From Vicugna vicugna (taxonomy: Eukaryota), in the NCBI GenBank assembly GCA_013265495.1, contig MU058138.1, forward strand, positions 3,921 to 67,920: a DNA stretch of 64,000 bases, written 5' to 3'. The notes below the pieces were generated by a model. That model was not told the origin of the DNA. It was given only the letters and a program-made list of their open reading frames with translations, and did not search any database. A program made the translations under genes and the position numbers. Positions within the stretch are counted from its first letter, which is position 1, and every line of letters begins with the position of its first letter. This document shows positions 13,568 through 26,718 of this stretch, in pieces.

Positions 13568-14985
13568 AACAAAAACATCTGCCTTGCAAAGACAGTTGAA
13601 CACTCTCACCTGCTAGAAAAATTTCTGCAAAGAAAAACAAAGCTGCTGTTTGTGTGCATACTGGCCTAATTAGTGGAAATTAACTTGATTGAGCCCACTA
13701 TTGGCTGATATAAAAAAACTCAAAAATTTAAAAACACTGAAATTGGTTATTTGAATGTGTCTGTTCTCAGTTAATTATGGTAAGGTAACCAAAAATTACC
13801 TTACTTTGATAGAGGGTTTAGTCTAATATTCATATCTCTGGCCATTAATCTCTCTCTGCACCTAACAAGAGAAATTCTGGGATTTTTAACTTCTTGGATT
13901 AGCCAATGGCTGAGCATTTCACAGGCAATAGTAGACTCTTTAGGCTTCTGGTCATTGAAATAGCTTTTCCTTAAGGCTGCCTCATCCTTAATTAAAAGCA
14001 TGTTTCTACCTCTCCCCAATTTTATCTCAGAAAATTGGGAACTTCACAAACTTCTCAAACAATAAGTCTATGATGAGAAAATTAGATGTCTGGAAGATTA
14101 GATACCAATTGAGAATAAATTTCAGCCTGGGCAGAAGTTTGGGTTTTCAGAAATCTCCTGGGCTAATCTGTCAGAAAAAATTATTCTTCCATTTATATAT
14201 GCAGACACAGACTCTGACTTTTTTTCGTTACTATTTTATGTGAAAGAGAATATAAGGTCATTATAGATCCATTTATAACAAAAACATCTGCCTTGCAAAG
14301 ACAGTTGAACACTCTCACCTGCTAGAAAAATTTCTGCAAAGAAAAACAAAGCTGCTGTTTGTGTGCATACTGGCCTAATTAGTGGAAATTAACTTGATTG
14401 AGCCCACTATTGGCTGATATAAAAAAACTCAAAAATTTAAAAACACTGAAATTGGTTATTTGAATGTGTCTGTTCTCAGTTAATTATGGTAAGGTAACCA
14501 AAAATTACCTTACTTTGATAGAGGGTTTAGTCTAATATTCATATCTCTGGCCATTAATCTCTCTCTGCACCTAACAAGAGAAATTCTGGGATTTTTAACT
14601 TCTTGGAATAGCCAATGGCTGAGCATTTCACGGGCAATAGTAGACTCTTTAGGCTTCTGGTCATTTAAATAGCTTTTCCTTAAGGCTGCCTCATCCTTAA
14701 TTAAAAGCATGTTTCTACCTCTCCCCAATTTTATCTCAGAAAATTGGGAACTTCACAAACTTCTCAAACAATAAGTCTATGATGAGAAAATTAGATGTCT
14801 GGAAGATTAGATACCAATTGAGAATAAATTTCAGCCTGGGCAGAAGTTTGGGTTTTCAGAAATCTCCTGGGCTAATCTGTCAGAAAAAATTATTCTTCCA
14901 TTTATATATGCAGACACAGACTCTGACTTTTTTTCGTTACTATTTTATGTGAAAGAGAATATAAGGTCATTATAGATCCATTTAT
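13568..14985. repeat. 709-bp direct tandem duplication (13568-14276 and 14277-14985)
   Basis: Copies identical except for 3 substitutions seen by eye; duplicated 72-aa spurious ORFs (13801 and 14510) confirm the 709 offset. Confidence 0.95.
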
Positions 14986-15055
14986 AGACTATCTGGAACA
15001 AATTCAAATGAAGAAACCTCTAGACAGTTTTCTTCTTCAGAATAATCCCTAGAGA

Positions 15056-15137
15056 NNNNNNNNNNNNNNNNNNNNNNNNNNNNNNNNNNNNNNNNNNNNN
15101 NNNNNNNNNNNNNNNNNNNNNNNNNNNNNNNNNNNNN
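15056..15137. other. Assembly gap
   Basis: Run of N. Confidence 1.
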
Positions 15138-17661
15138 AATACATAAAAGTCTGTAATTTAAAAATAAAAAAAAAGTATAGTGAATAATTTATGAATTTCA
15201 TGTTAGGAAATCTTTGGTAAGGCAAATAATATTTCATCTGTAATTAAGAGAGAAACATATCCAACCATATCCTGAACAATGGAGGTTCTTACTGTTAGCT
15301 GTTTGAGCATCTATTCAAGATGCCCTGAGCCTCACAGGCAGAGTGCTTTGGGACTGGGGAAGTTATTGAAGTAGACAGTCAATTCTTGAAATAACAAGTA
15401 ATCACGGTTCTGTGGTTCTGGGTTGAAGCAGACATTGTTGATCAGGCCTAAATCTATGTCAGCTGAAACCATAATGATCTTCAGGTCATTAATTCAGTCC
15501 ATTTATTTCAATTCAGTATCAATTGAGTTACTATTTCTACAAAAAAAGAATTATTTTCCAACAAAAGCCTACTTCTATATAAAACCTCTGGGGGCTTCCA
15601 CTGTTATTTCCTTAGAATGGTTTACAAGGGGCTCCACTGGGCATCTGCATCTCCACATATATTTAGTTTAATGTTGCATTTTCTGGATCATACGGGCCTT
15701 AAAGAGTCATTAAATACCTATCTAAACCAACTGAAGTCTTTACTTTGTGCAGAGTCCCACCAAAGTTTTGGTGGTTTTCAGCTTACCTAATAAATGGATG
15801 AAATCCAACAAATACAAATGTCACACATGGTACTTCTAAGATTTAGAGTACATCTAAGTGCCACTTCCTCTCTTACCAGTAGGGGGAAAAAATGGAGAAT
15901 TTATTTTTCATTTGAAAAAATTATCTGATATGATCCAGATTACTGTGGATTAAATTATGACTCGGAACTGAAGAACTAATATATACATATGTATAATCTC
16001 TGTGTTCCTTTCAGCTGAATGCAAAGAACTACTAATGTTTCCTGCTGTCTGAATTAAGAAAAAGAATTTGCTAGATCAGTGGTGTCTACAAAAGCACAGA
16101 CACTGAATTTCTATGTCTCAATAAATATAATACACTGAAAATATAACTGATATGGATGTTGCTTCAAAATATGTAATAACCCACAGTGATGCTCTGTAAG
16201 CTATGTCAGTCCTAAAACTAGAAAATTAAATATTGGGATAATATTTGTCATCTGGAAAGCAAGAATGGGTTGTTTTGCACCAAATATTTCCATAAGAGCC
16301 ACCAGAGTAGCTAGAAAAATGTAAAATGCATGTGTCTGAAGTCATCAGAAAACTAACAGGGAATCAAGGATGTGTGGGGCCAAAATTTTGAAAAGAAGAG
16401 AAGCCAGAGAGCTAAAACCTGCATTTGATGCCCTCTTTTTGCTAAAGTGGGCTTATTGTAAAAACCACACATGAAAAGCTAAAAAGGTTGAGTGGAAGTT
16501 CCTACAAATGTTTTACCCTGAAGACAATAAATGAGATTCAAATTCCATCAAGAAGAGGACTTTGAAAACAACCAGGCTTTTCTTTGAGACCATGAATAGT
16601 TTTACTCTTGGAGTAAGGGTGACTAAAAAGAGAGTAGTGCTCATAGAAACTCAAGCCCACAATGACTCATCTAATTTCCTGATTAGATTATCTGGGATTT
16701 TTATTTCCCCAAGCCTACCTGTCAGCCAGAAACAAAATGAAATTTTCTGTTAAAGAAGAAAGCATAATAAAAGTCCTTGAATAACTTCTCAACTTTTTAA
16801 ATATAAAATATGCCACAAAAAAACAAATGTAACAAACTATAGACAAATACAAGACCTAATTGAAAAGCAAAAGCTATTAAAATAAATATAGATGATCCAA
16901 AATATGGGAAAAAAAGCATTTCAAAATAAACTTAGTGTGTTCAAACAATTAAAACACAAGGTGGATAATAAATTGAATGAAATAAATTTGAAAGTTAAAA
17001 TACATAAAACTGAAATTTAAAATTTATTTGTGGGGTTTAATAGTAGATTGGATAGATATGGATAGGGAACTAGTAAATGATAAGAGAAATTAGAAGAGAA
17101 TATACAGATGCAAGTAGAAAGAGATAAAAGGATGGACAATGCAGGAAATAGCGTGAAAGGTAAGAGCCTGACAAGATAAACATCTTAAATAACAGAATAA
17201 AAAGTGAAAAAGAGGTAGTGGAATAAATTGCATAAAGTAACCCAGAAAAGGTTCCACAGAAAAGGAGCACTCTTTCTAACATCAGGGAAAAATAATAGAC
17301 TTCTACCTTTATAACATATTTTTAAACTTATTAACCTGAAAGGAATAATAAGTAAATAAGCAATAATAGAGGGAGATAATAGCACAACTCGTGTTAATTG
17401 CATGAGTGTGGACACACCAAAAAATTTATAAAGATATAAAATGTTTAAACATCCTTAACAAATGTGATTGATTGAAACAAGAAACAATGCATCCAACAAT
17501 GGCAAAAAGTGCCCATAGAACATTCTTCAAAAGTAATTATATGCTGAGCCAAAAAGCAATTCCCAAGAAATTTCAAAAATTACAGTCATAAAGTTTGTCT
17601 CTGGACATGAAGAAATTAAATAACCTAGAAAATCAAAACCTAAAAGTAGCCAGAAAATTAC

Positions 17662-18316
17662 TCTAGGAATAGACTTACCATATGACCCAGGAATCCCACT
17701 CCCGGGCTTATATCCAGAAGGAGCCCTACTTCAGGATGACACCTGCACCCCAATGTTCATAGCAGCATTGTTCACAATAGCCAAGACATGGAAACAGCCT
17801 AAATATCTATCAAGAGATGACTGGATAAAGAAGAGGTGGTATATTTATACAATGGAATACTACTCAGCTATAAAAACCAACAACATAATGCCATTTGCAG
17901 CAACATGGATGCTCCTGGAGAATGTCATTTTAAGTGAAGTAAGCCAGAAAGAGAAAGAAAAATATCATATGAGATCGCTCATATGTGGAATCTAAGAAAC
18001 AAACAAACAAACAAAACATACAAAGCATAAATACAAAACAGAAATAGACTCACAGACATAGAATATAAACTTGTGGTTGCCTAGGGGGTGGGGGGGTGGA
18101 AGAGATAGACTGGGATTTCAAAATTGTAGAAATAGATAAACAAGACTATACTGTATAGCACAGGGAAATATATACAAGGTGTAATGGTAACTCACACAGA
18201 AAAAATGTGACAATGAATATATATATGTTCATGTATAACTGAAAAATTGTGCTCTACACTGGAATTTGACACAACATTGTAAAATGATTATAAATCAATA
18301 AAAAATGTTAAAAATA
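17662..18316 (+). mobile_element. 5'-truncated young L1 (ORF2 C-terminus plus 3' UTR), inserted in older L1 sequence
   Basis: ORF 17753-17995 MFIAALFTIAKTWKQPK...YYSAIK is the L1 ORF2 C-terminus; 3' UTR matches the L1 at 57.0-57.4 kb; ends aataaaaaatgttaaaaa. Confidence 0.92.
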
Positions 18317-18599
18317 AACCCAGTGCATTTCTAAATACCCCCTGGGTAAAATGAAACACAACAAAAATTAGAAAACACTTTGAGCTTAATGATAATGAAA
18401 ATACAACATATTAGAGCTTATTAGAGCTTATTAGTGTCAGCTAAATCTTACTTTCATATATTAGAAAATAATAAACCTCAAAAATCCAATGCTTTTGATT
18501 ATAAACATATATTCAAGAATTTATTAATGTAACACAAATATAAAGCCAAAATAATCAGTATGATGGAGGGAATAAAGATACAGACAGGTTTATGAATAC

Positions 18600-19390
18600 A
18601 TCTGCCTAGTACAGCAGCAGCAGCAGCCAAAAGTAGACAATTGCTGCTCTGCAGTTTCACTTGAAGTTGATATTAAATGCTCAAAGTGGGGGAGGGAATG
18701 GTATAGCTCAAGTGGTAGAGCAAATGTTTAGAATGCATGACATCCTGGGTTCAATCCCCAGTACCTCCTCCAAACAGAAATAAATAAATAAACCTAATTA
18801 CCTCCCCCTCATAAAACAAAGGGGAAAAACGCAAAAAATGAAGGCTCAAGGTGAAGAAAAACCCTCCTGATAAGCAGTATTTTGAGCAGTACATATGGCT
18901 TTCATTTTACATGGGAGAAGAAATAGAGAGTAAATACAAATTTGATACACTGTTGAGGAAAAGAGGAAAATGGAAGAATGGATGACAAAGCAATCTGGAG
19001 GTGCTGTATGTAGCTGGATTACTCAGAATGGACCAAACACAAAAATGTCTGTTCATCATATAAAGTACCTATCAGAGAATTTGCTGCAGAGAAAACTGTC
19101 AAATAATCTGGTCGACAAGATGGCCTGTCCTGTGGCTATCAATCAGCATTTTCAACCATTTTGTTGGTCACTGTGGCAGAGATGAATGATCTACACAGGC
19201 TGAGTGAGTAATAGGACCTACCTGTCACTGATCCTGATCTGGCTCCTGTCACTGCTGAATGTTCCAATTCCATTAGTAAAGTTAATCACTGACTCCCTTA
19301 TAAGCCACAATTTTGTAGGGAAACTAGCCAAAACTCTGTGGCAGCTTATGCCTTTAAAACTCCTCAACCTCGTGGAGACAACATTTTGTC
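18600..19390 (+). mobile_element. Degraded ERVL/MaLR internal sequence interrupted by the SINE
   Basis: 'aataatctggtcgacaagatggcctgtcctgtggctatcaatcagc' and neighbouring sequence resemble ERVL pol remnants. Confidence 0.45.
18688..18840 (+). mobile_element. tRNA-derived SINE (camelid Vic-1 type)
   Basis: A box 'tagctcaagtgg', B box 'gggttcaatccc', AT-rich tail; degenerate TSD aatgctcaaagtg / aaggctcaaggtg. Confidence 0.85.
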
Positions 19391-19684
19391 TCCTAGCCAG
19401 CAAACAGACATTACAAGAAATAGAAAAAGAAGTTATTCAGGCTGAAGAAAACAGTATCATACAGAAATCAGAATTTATAGAAAAGGATGAAGAAAGTGGA
19501 AATGATGTACATGAATTAATAGAGAAAAGAAAGAAATTCCTTTTCTAAAGATAAATAATTAGTAATGAAAGATTAATAATATATTCAGAAACTTATAACA
19601 TATGTAGCAGTAAAATATATGACAACAATTTCAAGGTCAGTGGGATGTAATTGGAATTATAATTTGATAAGATATTTAATTGAT

Positions 19685-19935
19685 GTTGAGAAACCAAATC
19701 CTGCCAACAACCATCTGCACAAGCTAAGAAGTGGATCCTTCTTCAGGGGAGCCTTCATGTGAGGCTGCAGCCCCAGCCAGCACCTTGATTGCAGCCTTGT
19801 CAGAGAACCTGAAGTGGAGGAACCAGCTAAGTCACGCTTAGTATGTGGACCTACAGAAACTGTGATATAAGTTTGTGTTTTTTCAAGTCACTAAGTTTTG
19901 AGGTGACTTGCAATGCAGAAATAGACAGCTAACAT
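19685..19935 (+). mobile_element. MaLR LTR 3' half (MLT1-type)
   Basis: 'ccagcaccttgattgcagccttgt...cctacagaaactgtga...ttttcaagtcactaagttttgaggtgacttgcaatgcagaaatagacagctaaca'. Confidence 0.8.
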
Positions 19936-20129
19936 AGATATCTAGAAAAATCTTCCAATTAATCAGAAACTTAGCAATAAATATTTAAAGTAATCATGAA
20001 CCAAAGAAGAAATCTTAATATAATTAACAAATATTTGTAACTACACAATAAAACTGTAACAAAATGGATGGGTTGTGACCAACACAGTACTTAGAAGAAA
20101 ATGTATAGCTTTAAATGCTTATACTAAAA

Positions 20130-20905
20130 TAAAGTATTTGTCTTTCTATTTCTGCTTATTTTACTTAGCATAATGCCCTCAGAGTCCCTCCATATTGTCA
20201 CAGATGGCAGGATTCACTTCTTTTATATAGCTGAATAATATTCCATTGTGTTTCTATATGTATATATTTACATACATACACAATACATATGTATGTATAC
20301 CATGTTTCTTTATCCGTTCATCAATCAGGGGACATTTAGGTTTTACATTAGGCTATTGTGAATAATACTGCCATGAACATGGGAGTATAGATATCTCTTC
20401 AGGTTCCTAATTTTATATTTTTGGATATACACACAGAAGTGGATTGTTGAACCATATGGTAGTTTTATTTTTAATTTTTTTAGAAACCTCCATAATGTTT
20501 CCCATAGTAGCTGAACACATATATATTCCCACCACCTGGATAGTAGAGTTCCCTCTTCTCTACATCCTCACAAGCATTTAATTTCTCCTGTAAATCTCAT
20601 ATAGCCATCCTAAGAGGTGTGAGGTGGTATCTAATTTTTATTATGATTTGCATTTCCCTAATTATTAGTGATGTTGAGCACCTTCTTACATTCCTAGTGA
20701 CAATTTGTATGTCTTCTTTGGAAAAATACCAATTTAAGTCTTTGCCCATTTTAAATTGAGTTTTTTGGTTTTTGGCTCTTGAGTTGTAAAATTCCTTATA
20801 TTTCTCAGATATTAACTCTTACCAGATATAAGATTTGCAACTATTTTCTCCCATTCTATAAGTTACCTTTTATTTTGTTGATTGCTTCTTTGGATGTGAA
20901 GAGCA
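20130..20905 (-). mobile_element. L1 3' fragment, antisense
   Basis: 'cttattttacttagcataatg...gctgaataatattccattgtg...ggctattgtgaataatactgccatgaacatggg'. Confidence 0.85.
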
Positions 20906-20930
20906 GTCTGAATTTAAAACTTGATATCCT

Positions 20931-21070
20931 GGGGGAGGGTATAGCTCAAGTGGTAGAATGCATGCTTAGCATGCATGAGGTCCTGGGTTCAATCCTCATT
21001 ACCTCCAAAGAAAAACCAAATAAATCTAATTACATCCCCCTGCAAAAATAATAATAATAATAGTAATAAT
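20931..21070 (+). mobile_element. tRNA-derived SINE (camelid Vic-1 type) with perfect 15-bp TSD
   Basis: GGGGGAGGGTATAGCTCAAGTGGTAGAATGCATGCTTAGCATGCATGAGGTCCTGGGTTCAATCC, (AAT)n tail; TSD AAAACTTGATATCCT at 20916-20930 and 21071-21085. Confidence 0.92.
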
Positions 21071-21439
21071 AAAACTTGATATCCTGGACTTCAATCTTAT
21101 GTCATGTTGGGATGAGACATAACTGGCCTGATAGCTTTTGTCTCTTCCTTCTCAGAGCCCTGAACTGTCATTTTACAAGTCTGAGAACCTCACTGGGTAG
21201 ACATTGTCTACATTACCCTATATCTACATGGAGAAGAAAGAGACCCAGAAGAGCCCCGTCCTATAGTCATCTCTACCAAGGCTTCATTCATATAAGTGAA
21301 GTCATCTTGGAACCTCCTTAAATGTCCATCAATCAATTGAAGAGTGACCTCAGTCCATGCCACATGAAACAGAATTGTTCCATCAAGTTCTTCCTCAATT
21401 CATATAGTCAGATACAGACTAGTGAATGGCAAGATATAG

Positions 21440-21740
21440 CCCTGTATGTGGACAGATACATGCTCATGTGTGATCATATCAGATACATATGCATATACAT
21501 ACATACATGCAGTCATAACAGTAGTCAAATACTGACCCATGTGTTGTGAGATACAGACCCATGCGTGTTCACATATAAATACATACATGAAATTGTATAC
21601 AGACTTACATATCACTGAATATACACATACAGGTGGTCATACATATTCGCATGAGGTTGGATACAGATCTGAGTGTGTGGTGGGATACAGACGTGTATTG
21701 TTGGATACAGGCCTATAAATGTTTGAGTACAGACATATGC
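21440..21740. repeat. Degenerate (ACAT/ATAC)-rich simple repeat
   Basis: Recurrent 'gatacagac' and 'catacatac' units with alternating purine/pyrimidine character. Confidence 0.6.
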
Positions 21741-22739
21741 TCCTGGCTTTGAGGATTGTGCTGTAATTCACACCAGTGAAAGACATCAAACCCTTTCTGA
21801 CCAGCTCATTGAAAATGTGAATTAAATATAATTAAGAAAGTCCTCATTTTAAGAAAACCAAAAGGCAAGATATACTCTAGAGAGAAGATTACAAATTTTT
21901 ATTGAGACATCAATCAACCCTTCACAATATGTGTCTTATTCTGGATAAGAAAACAAGATATTAAAACATGTCTTCCTCAAAATAAATATGTAGAGTCACA
22001 ACTTTCTAAATTTCTTTTTCTGGGAAGCTTTCAAACTTTGCAGAATAATCCTAAAATTTAGAGGAGGAGGGGAAGTTGAAGGATGAGAAAAAAATGCCCC
22101 AAAATTGAAGCTTCTAGTTGATATAAAACCTGATATATTAAATAGAAAATTTTCAAATTATTACTGAAAGTTGTAATAATATTGTCAGATTAGTTTACCT
22201 GTTGGGGGAAAGAAGGCTTAGATATTTCCTAATCACTAATAAAACTAAATTCTAGATGGGTTAAAGATAAAATGTTTTGAAAAGTTATTTAAAAAAAAAC
22301 AAGAAGTTAAAATTTATAAAATCTGTGGAAGGAAATGGGATTTTCCAAGAGTGACATGATAAAAGAAATCCAAAAGTTAAAGACTATTAAACAACATCTT
22401 TTTATAAAAATAGCCATTATTACAGCATAAATAACATGGTAAGTATTTGTAGAAAATGTCAAAGAAGAGTAAATATTTGTGACAAATATATATATTTAAT
22501 GTAGAAAGAATTAATCAAAGTTTTTCAATAAAAATTTTCACTCCAATAGATGAAGAATTCAAGAAATTGACAGTATATAGAGTGGATTCTATGTCCCACA
22601 TATTATGAGAACATAAAGACAGCTAAAAAAATTTCCCTGACACCAGGGAGTTTATAGACCAGTGAATACAGATAATTAGCAAAATTTTATAGCTCATCAT
22701 TTGACAGAATTATACAAATTTGAAAATTAACTAAATTTC

Positions 22740-23092
22740 TGTCTTAGTCCACTTGGGGAGCTATTTCAGAATACCACAGACTGGATGGCTTTAACAATAA
22801 ACATTTATTTTTCACAGATCTAGAGTCTCAGAACTCCAAGATTAAGGTGTCAGCAGATTCCATGTCTGGTGAGGGTCCCTCCTCAGTTTACAGACAGCTA
22901 TCTGTTGTGTCCTCATGTGGCAGAAGGATCAGGTGAGCTCTCAAAGTTCTCTTATAGGGGCATTAATTCCATCATCAGGGCTCCACATTCATGACATAAT
23001 TATTTCTCAAACAGCCCACCTCCAAATACCACCATATTATAAAGGATTTAACTTATAAATTTGGAGAGGGAAACAAACTTTCAATCTATAGC
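22740..23092 (-). mobile_element. MaLR solo LTR (MLT1A-like), antisense
   Basis: 'tgtcttagtcc...aataccacagactggatggctttaacaataaacatttatt...tccaagattaaggtgtcagcagattccatgtctggtgaggg...tcaatctatagca'. Confidence 0.85.
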
Positions 23093-24502
23093 AACATCCA
23101 AAAGGGGAGGAATTAATTCCGTAAATTCCGATCAAATCAAATGCTTGATATTATTTGATGAATACTATGATGTTTGGAAAGATTTTGGGATAATATAAGA
23201 AATATCCATATAACAACAATAGCAATACAAATCAGAATATGAGGCTTTTCATACAGTGTGATTTACCAGTGAAAAATCACCCACAGCCCCCTAGCCTTAG
23301 CCCCTCATGTATCCAGGATAAATAAGGGAGGTAGAATAGTAAGTTTCTTTGACTGCATGATTTTGACCACTTTAAAGGCAGATAATATTTTGTTTCAAGC
23401 CTTATTCAGAGAAAAAGAAGATTTATTAATGATATCTTGACCAAATAGAACAATGTATTCTGGCTTCTTCCTAATAATCTGTATTTCATTAATAAAAGAG
23501 ATGAGAAAGACATATACTGCAGCATGTCTTTTAACGATATCACTCAAAATATCTGGTGTCAAGTTCTGTAGTGTATATTTGAAGCTGACAGATTATGGTT
23601 TATGATGAATTTACAGATGAAAGGCAGAGCCTGTGTCTCTAAAGAATGCCATGGAACAGTATGAGCAAAAATGGAGATGGGGATAATGAAAACCAGCAGA
23701 AGTATTATCAGATAGTCTAAACTATCTGGGAAGATTAATGAGTCATCTTTATGAAAATGTAACACCAAAAAAAGCTGTTCCAATTGAGGAGATAATATGA
23801 TTTCCCAATTGTAAAAATAAGTAAGATTGGTTATTTCATGTATATACACTTTGTTTATTTAGATTATTTTAATATACTTAGCCTCTTGGTTATTAATGTT
23901 GCATCTCTGAAACATCACTCTTCTTTGATGTTAACATACTGAGCAATATAAGCAAAAGGATATATAAAAATATCTTTCAGATAGAAAAATAAAACACGTG
24001 TTTCAAATATTAATATGGGCTGTTTCTGTGTAGGGAGGAGTGAACCAAGTTTTTATGTCTTATTTCTTACTTTATTTTTCCAAAATCTGTAATGAACCCT
24101 ATTGATTCTGGAAAGATTACATTACTTAAGACATAAACATAAGAAAATCTTCCACTAACTAAAATAAATTTATAGGATTAACTATAGCTTAACTGGCCAT
24201 ATAGAACAGAAATCAGTAGTCTCAACAGAGACATTTTATAACCAAAAACTATACATATTTTCATAGGAAATTTTAAAAATCTTAAAAATATAATTCACAT
24301 AAAATATATGCTTTGAACTGAAAAATTATGAAAATCTTAAAAATATGTTTTGACGTATTCAAGTATTCAAATAATAAATGTTTTTCATCATTCTCAAGTT
24401 ATTAAACCTGAGGAGAAATTTACTACAGCTAAATGATCATTCATGGCTAACTTAGAAAGAGTAACTTTTCATAGAAAATAAGTAATACATTTCCCTGATG
24501 TC

Positions 24503-25420
24503 TCATTTTCTTTTTTTGGTCCAGAGCTTTTTCATGGCATTTTTCATCTTTCCACTTCTCAGAGTATAGATTAGAAGGTTCAACATAGGAGTGATAACAG
24601 TGTAAAACACAGTCAAGGACTTATCAATGGGTAAGGCAGAAGGATGTCTCACATACATAAAGACTCAAGGGACAAAGAAGAGGACCACCACAGTAATGTG
24701 GGAGCCACTGGTGGACAAAGCTTTGCACCTCCCTTCCTGACTAAGATTCTTCAGGGAGTGCAGGATGACCCCATAGGAGATGAGTAAGAGCATAAAGATG
24801 ACCACACAGATTGCCCCATCATTGGCAACCACAGTGAGGCCAATAATGTAGGTATCAGAGCAGGCAAGTTTTAACAAGGGATACATGTCACAGAGGAAGT
24901 GGTCAATGACATTGGGGCCACAGAAGGGAAGGTTGTAAGCCAAGAGCAGTTGAACTACAGCATGCAAAAACCCACCAACCCAAGCCAACAGCAGCAGCAG
25001 AATACACACTCACTTATTCATGATCGTCAAATAATGTAAGGGTTTGCAGATGGCCACATAGCAGTCTTAAGCCATGATCACCAGGAGTAAAATCTCAGCA
25101 CCACCAAATAAGTGCTCTATGAAAAGCTGGGTCATGCAGGCTTGGAATGAAATGATTTTCTTCTCACTGAGTAAGTTTATAATCATATTTGGGGTGATTG
25201 CAGTAGAATAAGCAGCATCCATATATGATAAGTAGCCAAGAAAGAAGCACATGGAGGAATCCAGCGTTGAACTGACCACCACAGTCATGACAATGAGTAT
25301 GTTGCCCACCATTGTCACCATGTAGATGAGCAAGAACACAACAAATAACATTTTCTGACCCTGGGGGCTCTGAGTGAGCCCCAAGAAGACAAACTTGGTT
25401 ACATTGTTCCTTTGCTCCAT
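24503..25420 (-). pseudogene. Olfactory receptor OR4A-type pseudogene (frame intact, three nonsense codons)
   Basis: 918 nt (306 codons) from MEQRNNVT to KLWTKKRK*. In-frame stops at 25067-25069 (Y of MAYD), 25010-25012 and 24665-24667. Acceptor at 25465-25466. Confidence 0.95.
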
Positions 25421-26519
25421 AGATTCTTCTATATGTCTTATTTCAGAGCTCAGGACAAAATTACCTGTAAATATATTTATTATTAGTGACTTCTTGAAAT
25501 CTTAAGATAATTTGTTTATTCAGCCAATAGGCAGTATGGTTTATTATGTTCCAGTACTTTCAGAAATTATAATACAAATCTGATTAAAACATTATCCTTA
25601 ACCTCAACAATCTTATAGGCTAATGGAGAGGCAAGTAATTAGGGACATATATGGGAAAGGGATAAATTAGTATATAAATCACTTGCCACAGTTAACTTTC
25701 CATCAGGAAGCTAATTAAATTGTACATATAGGTAATACTTATTACAAAAATTAAAATTTATTAAAGATTTAATACAAAAGCAAAGCAAGATTTACTTAAT
25801 ATTTACTTTCCAGTTAATAAAAGAGGTAACTTTCTACATTCTAAAGGTGGAAGAATCTTCTTAACCAATCATTAAAATCCCAAATAGATATATTTGACAA
25901 TTTAAAAATTTTGCATAGATTTAGGAAAAGATATAACAATGTCAATATACAAAAGTAGTTTGGAGAAAAGGTTTACATTTTAGAAGTCATATACAGAGTT
26001 AATATCTAAAATAGACAAATATCTCTAAGCAATTAACTGATAAAAGATATAAATAAAAATATAAAATAAATAAAAATATAAACAAACTATTAAAGGAAGG
26101 ATACATCAAAATGGTCCACAAACATATGATAAGATGCTGAAATTAATATGTGAACAGAAAAATAGGAATTGAAGCAACAGCTTACTTACTACAGTATTAC
26201 ATTGGGCTCTTGGAAGTCACTCAGTCACTTTCTACAGATGCTACATCATCTTTTAGTTTTTAACAGAAGATTTTCTTTTGAACTGCTGGAATTTTAAAAA
26301 TGAATGTGAATGCCCTGATACCTAAAGAAATTTGATCTTGATTGTGAACAGAGACTACAAATATTAATTGCTGGCAAAATTTGTTCTCTTAACAAAGAAA
26401 TATTAAACTGACATTTTAATTGGAGAAAAAACTCTAAATTATATTTGGAATGTTTAGATAAAAATGCAATGCTTACAGCACATATTAATTAAAACTACCA
26501 TGAGATTTAGAAGTATCTG

Positions 26520-26718
26520 TTGAGGACAGCTTTCTGTCCTGGGACACGGGGCATGGCCAGAAAGGCAGCCGCCCCCTCACCCATCATGCATCACAGGTTG
26601 TGGGGAACCTGGTGCTAAACCATTGATAGAAGACATGCTTCTGTGTCGGGGTTTCCTAGGTAGCACAGCAGCTCCCTAGCTGTGATCTAGTGGAAGTCAG
26701 CCCTCAACACAAGGGTTT
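26520..26718 (+). pseudogene. Retroposed 3'-terminal fragment of 28S rRNA (about 200 nt)
   Basis: 'gtggggaacctggtgctaaaccatt...tgcttctgtgtcggggtttc...gcagctccctagctgtgatctagtggaagtcagccctcaacacaagggttt' follows the mammalian 28S 3' end with CpG decay; A-rich tail; degenerate TSD tagaagtatctg (26508-26519) / tagaaatatctg (26745-26756). Confidence 0.9.

Noticed and set aside
18688..21070. tRNA-like sequences with A and B boxes
   Set aside because: They have AT-rich tails and TSDs and lack an intact cloverleaf: SINEs, not tRNA genes.
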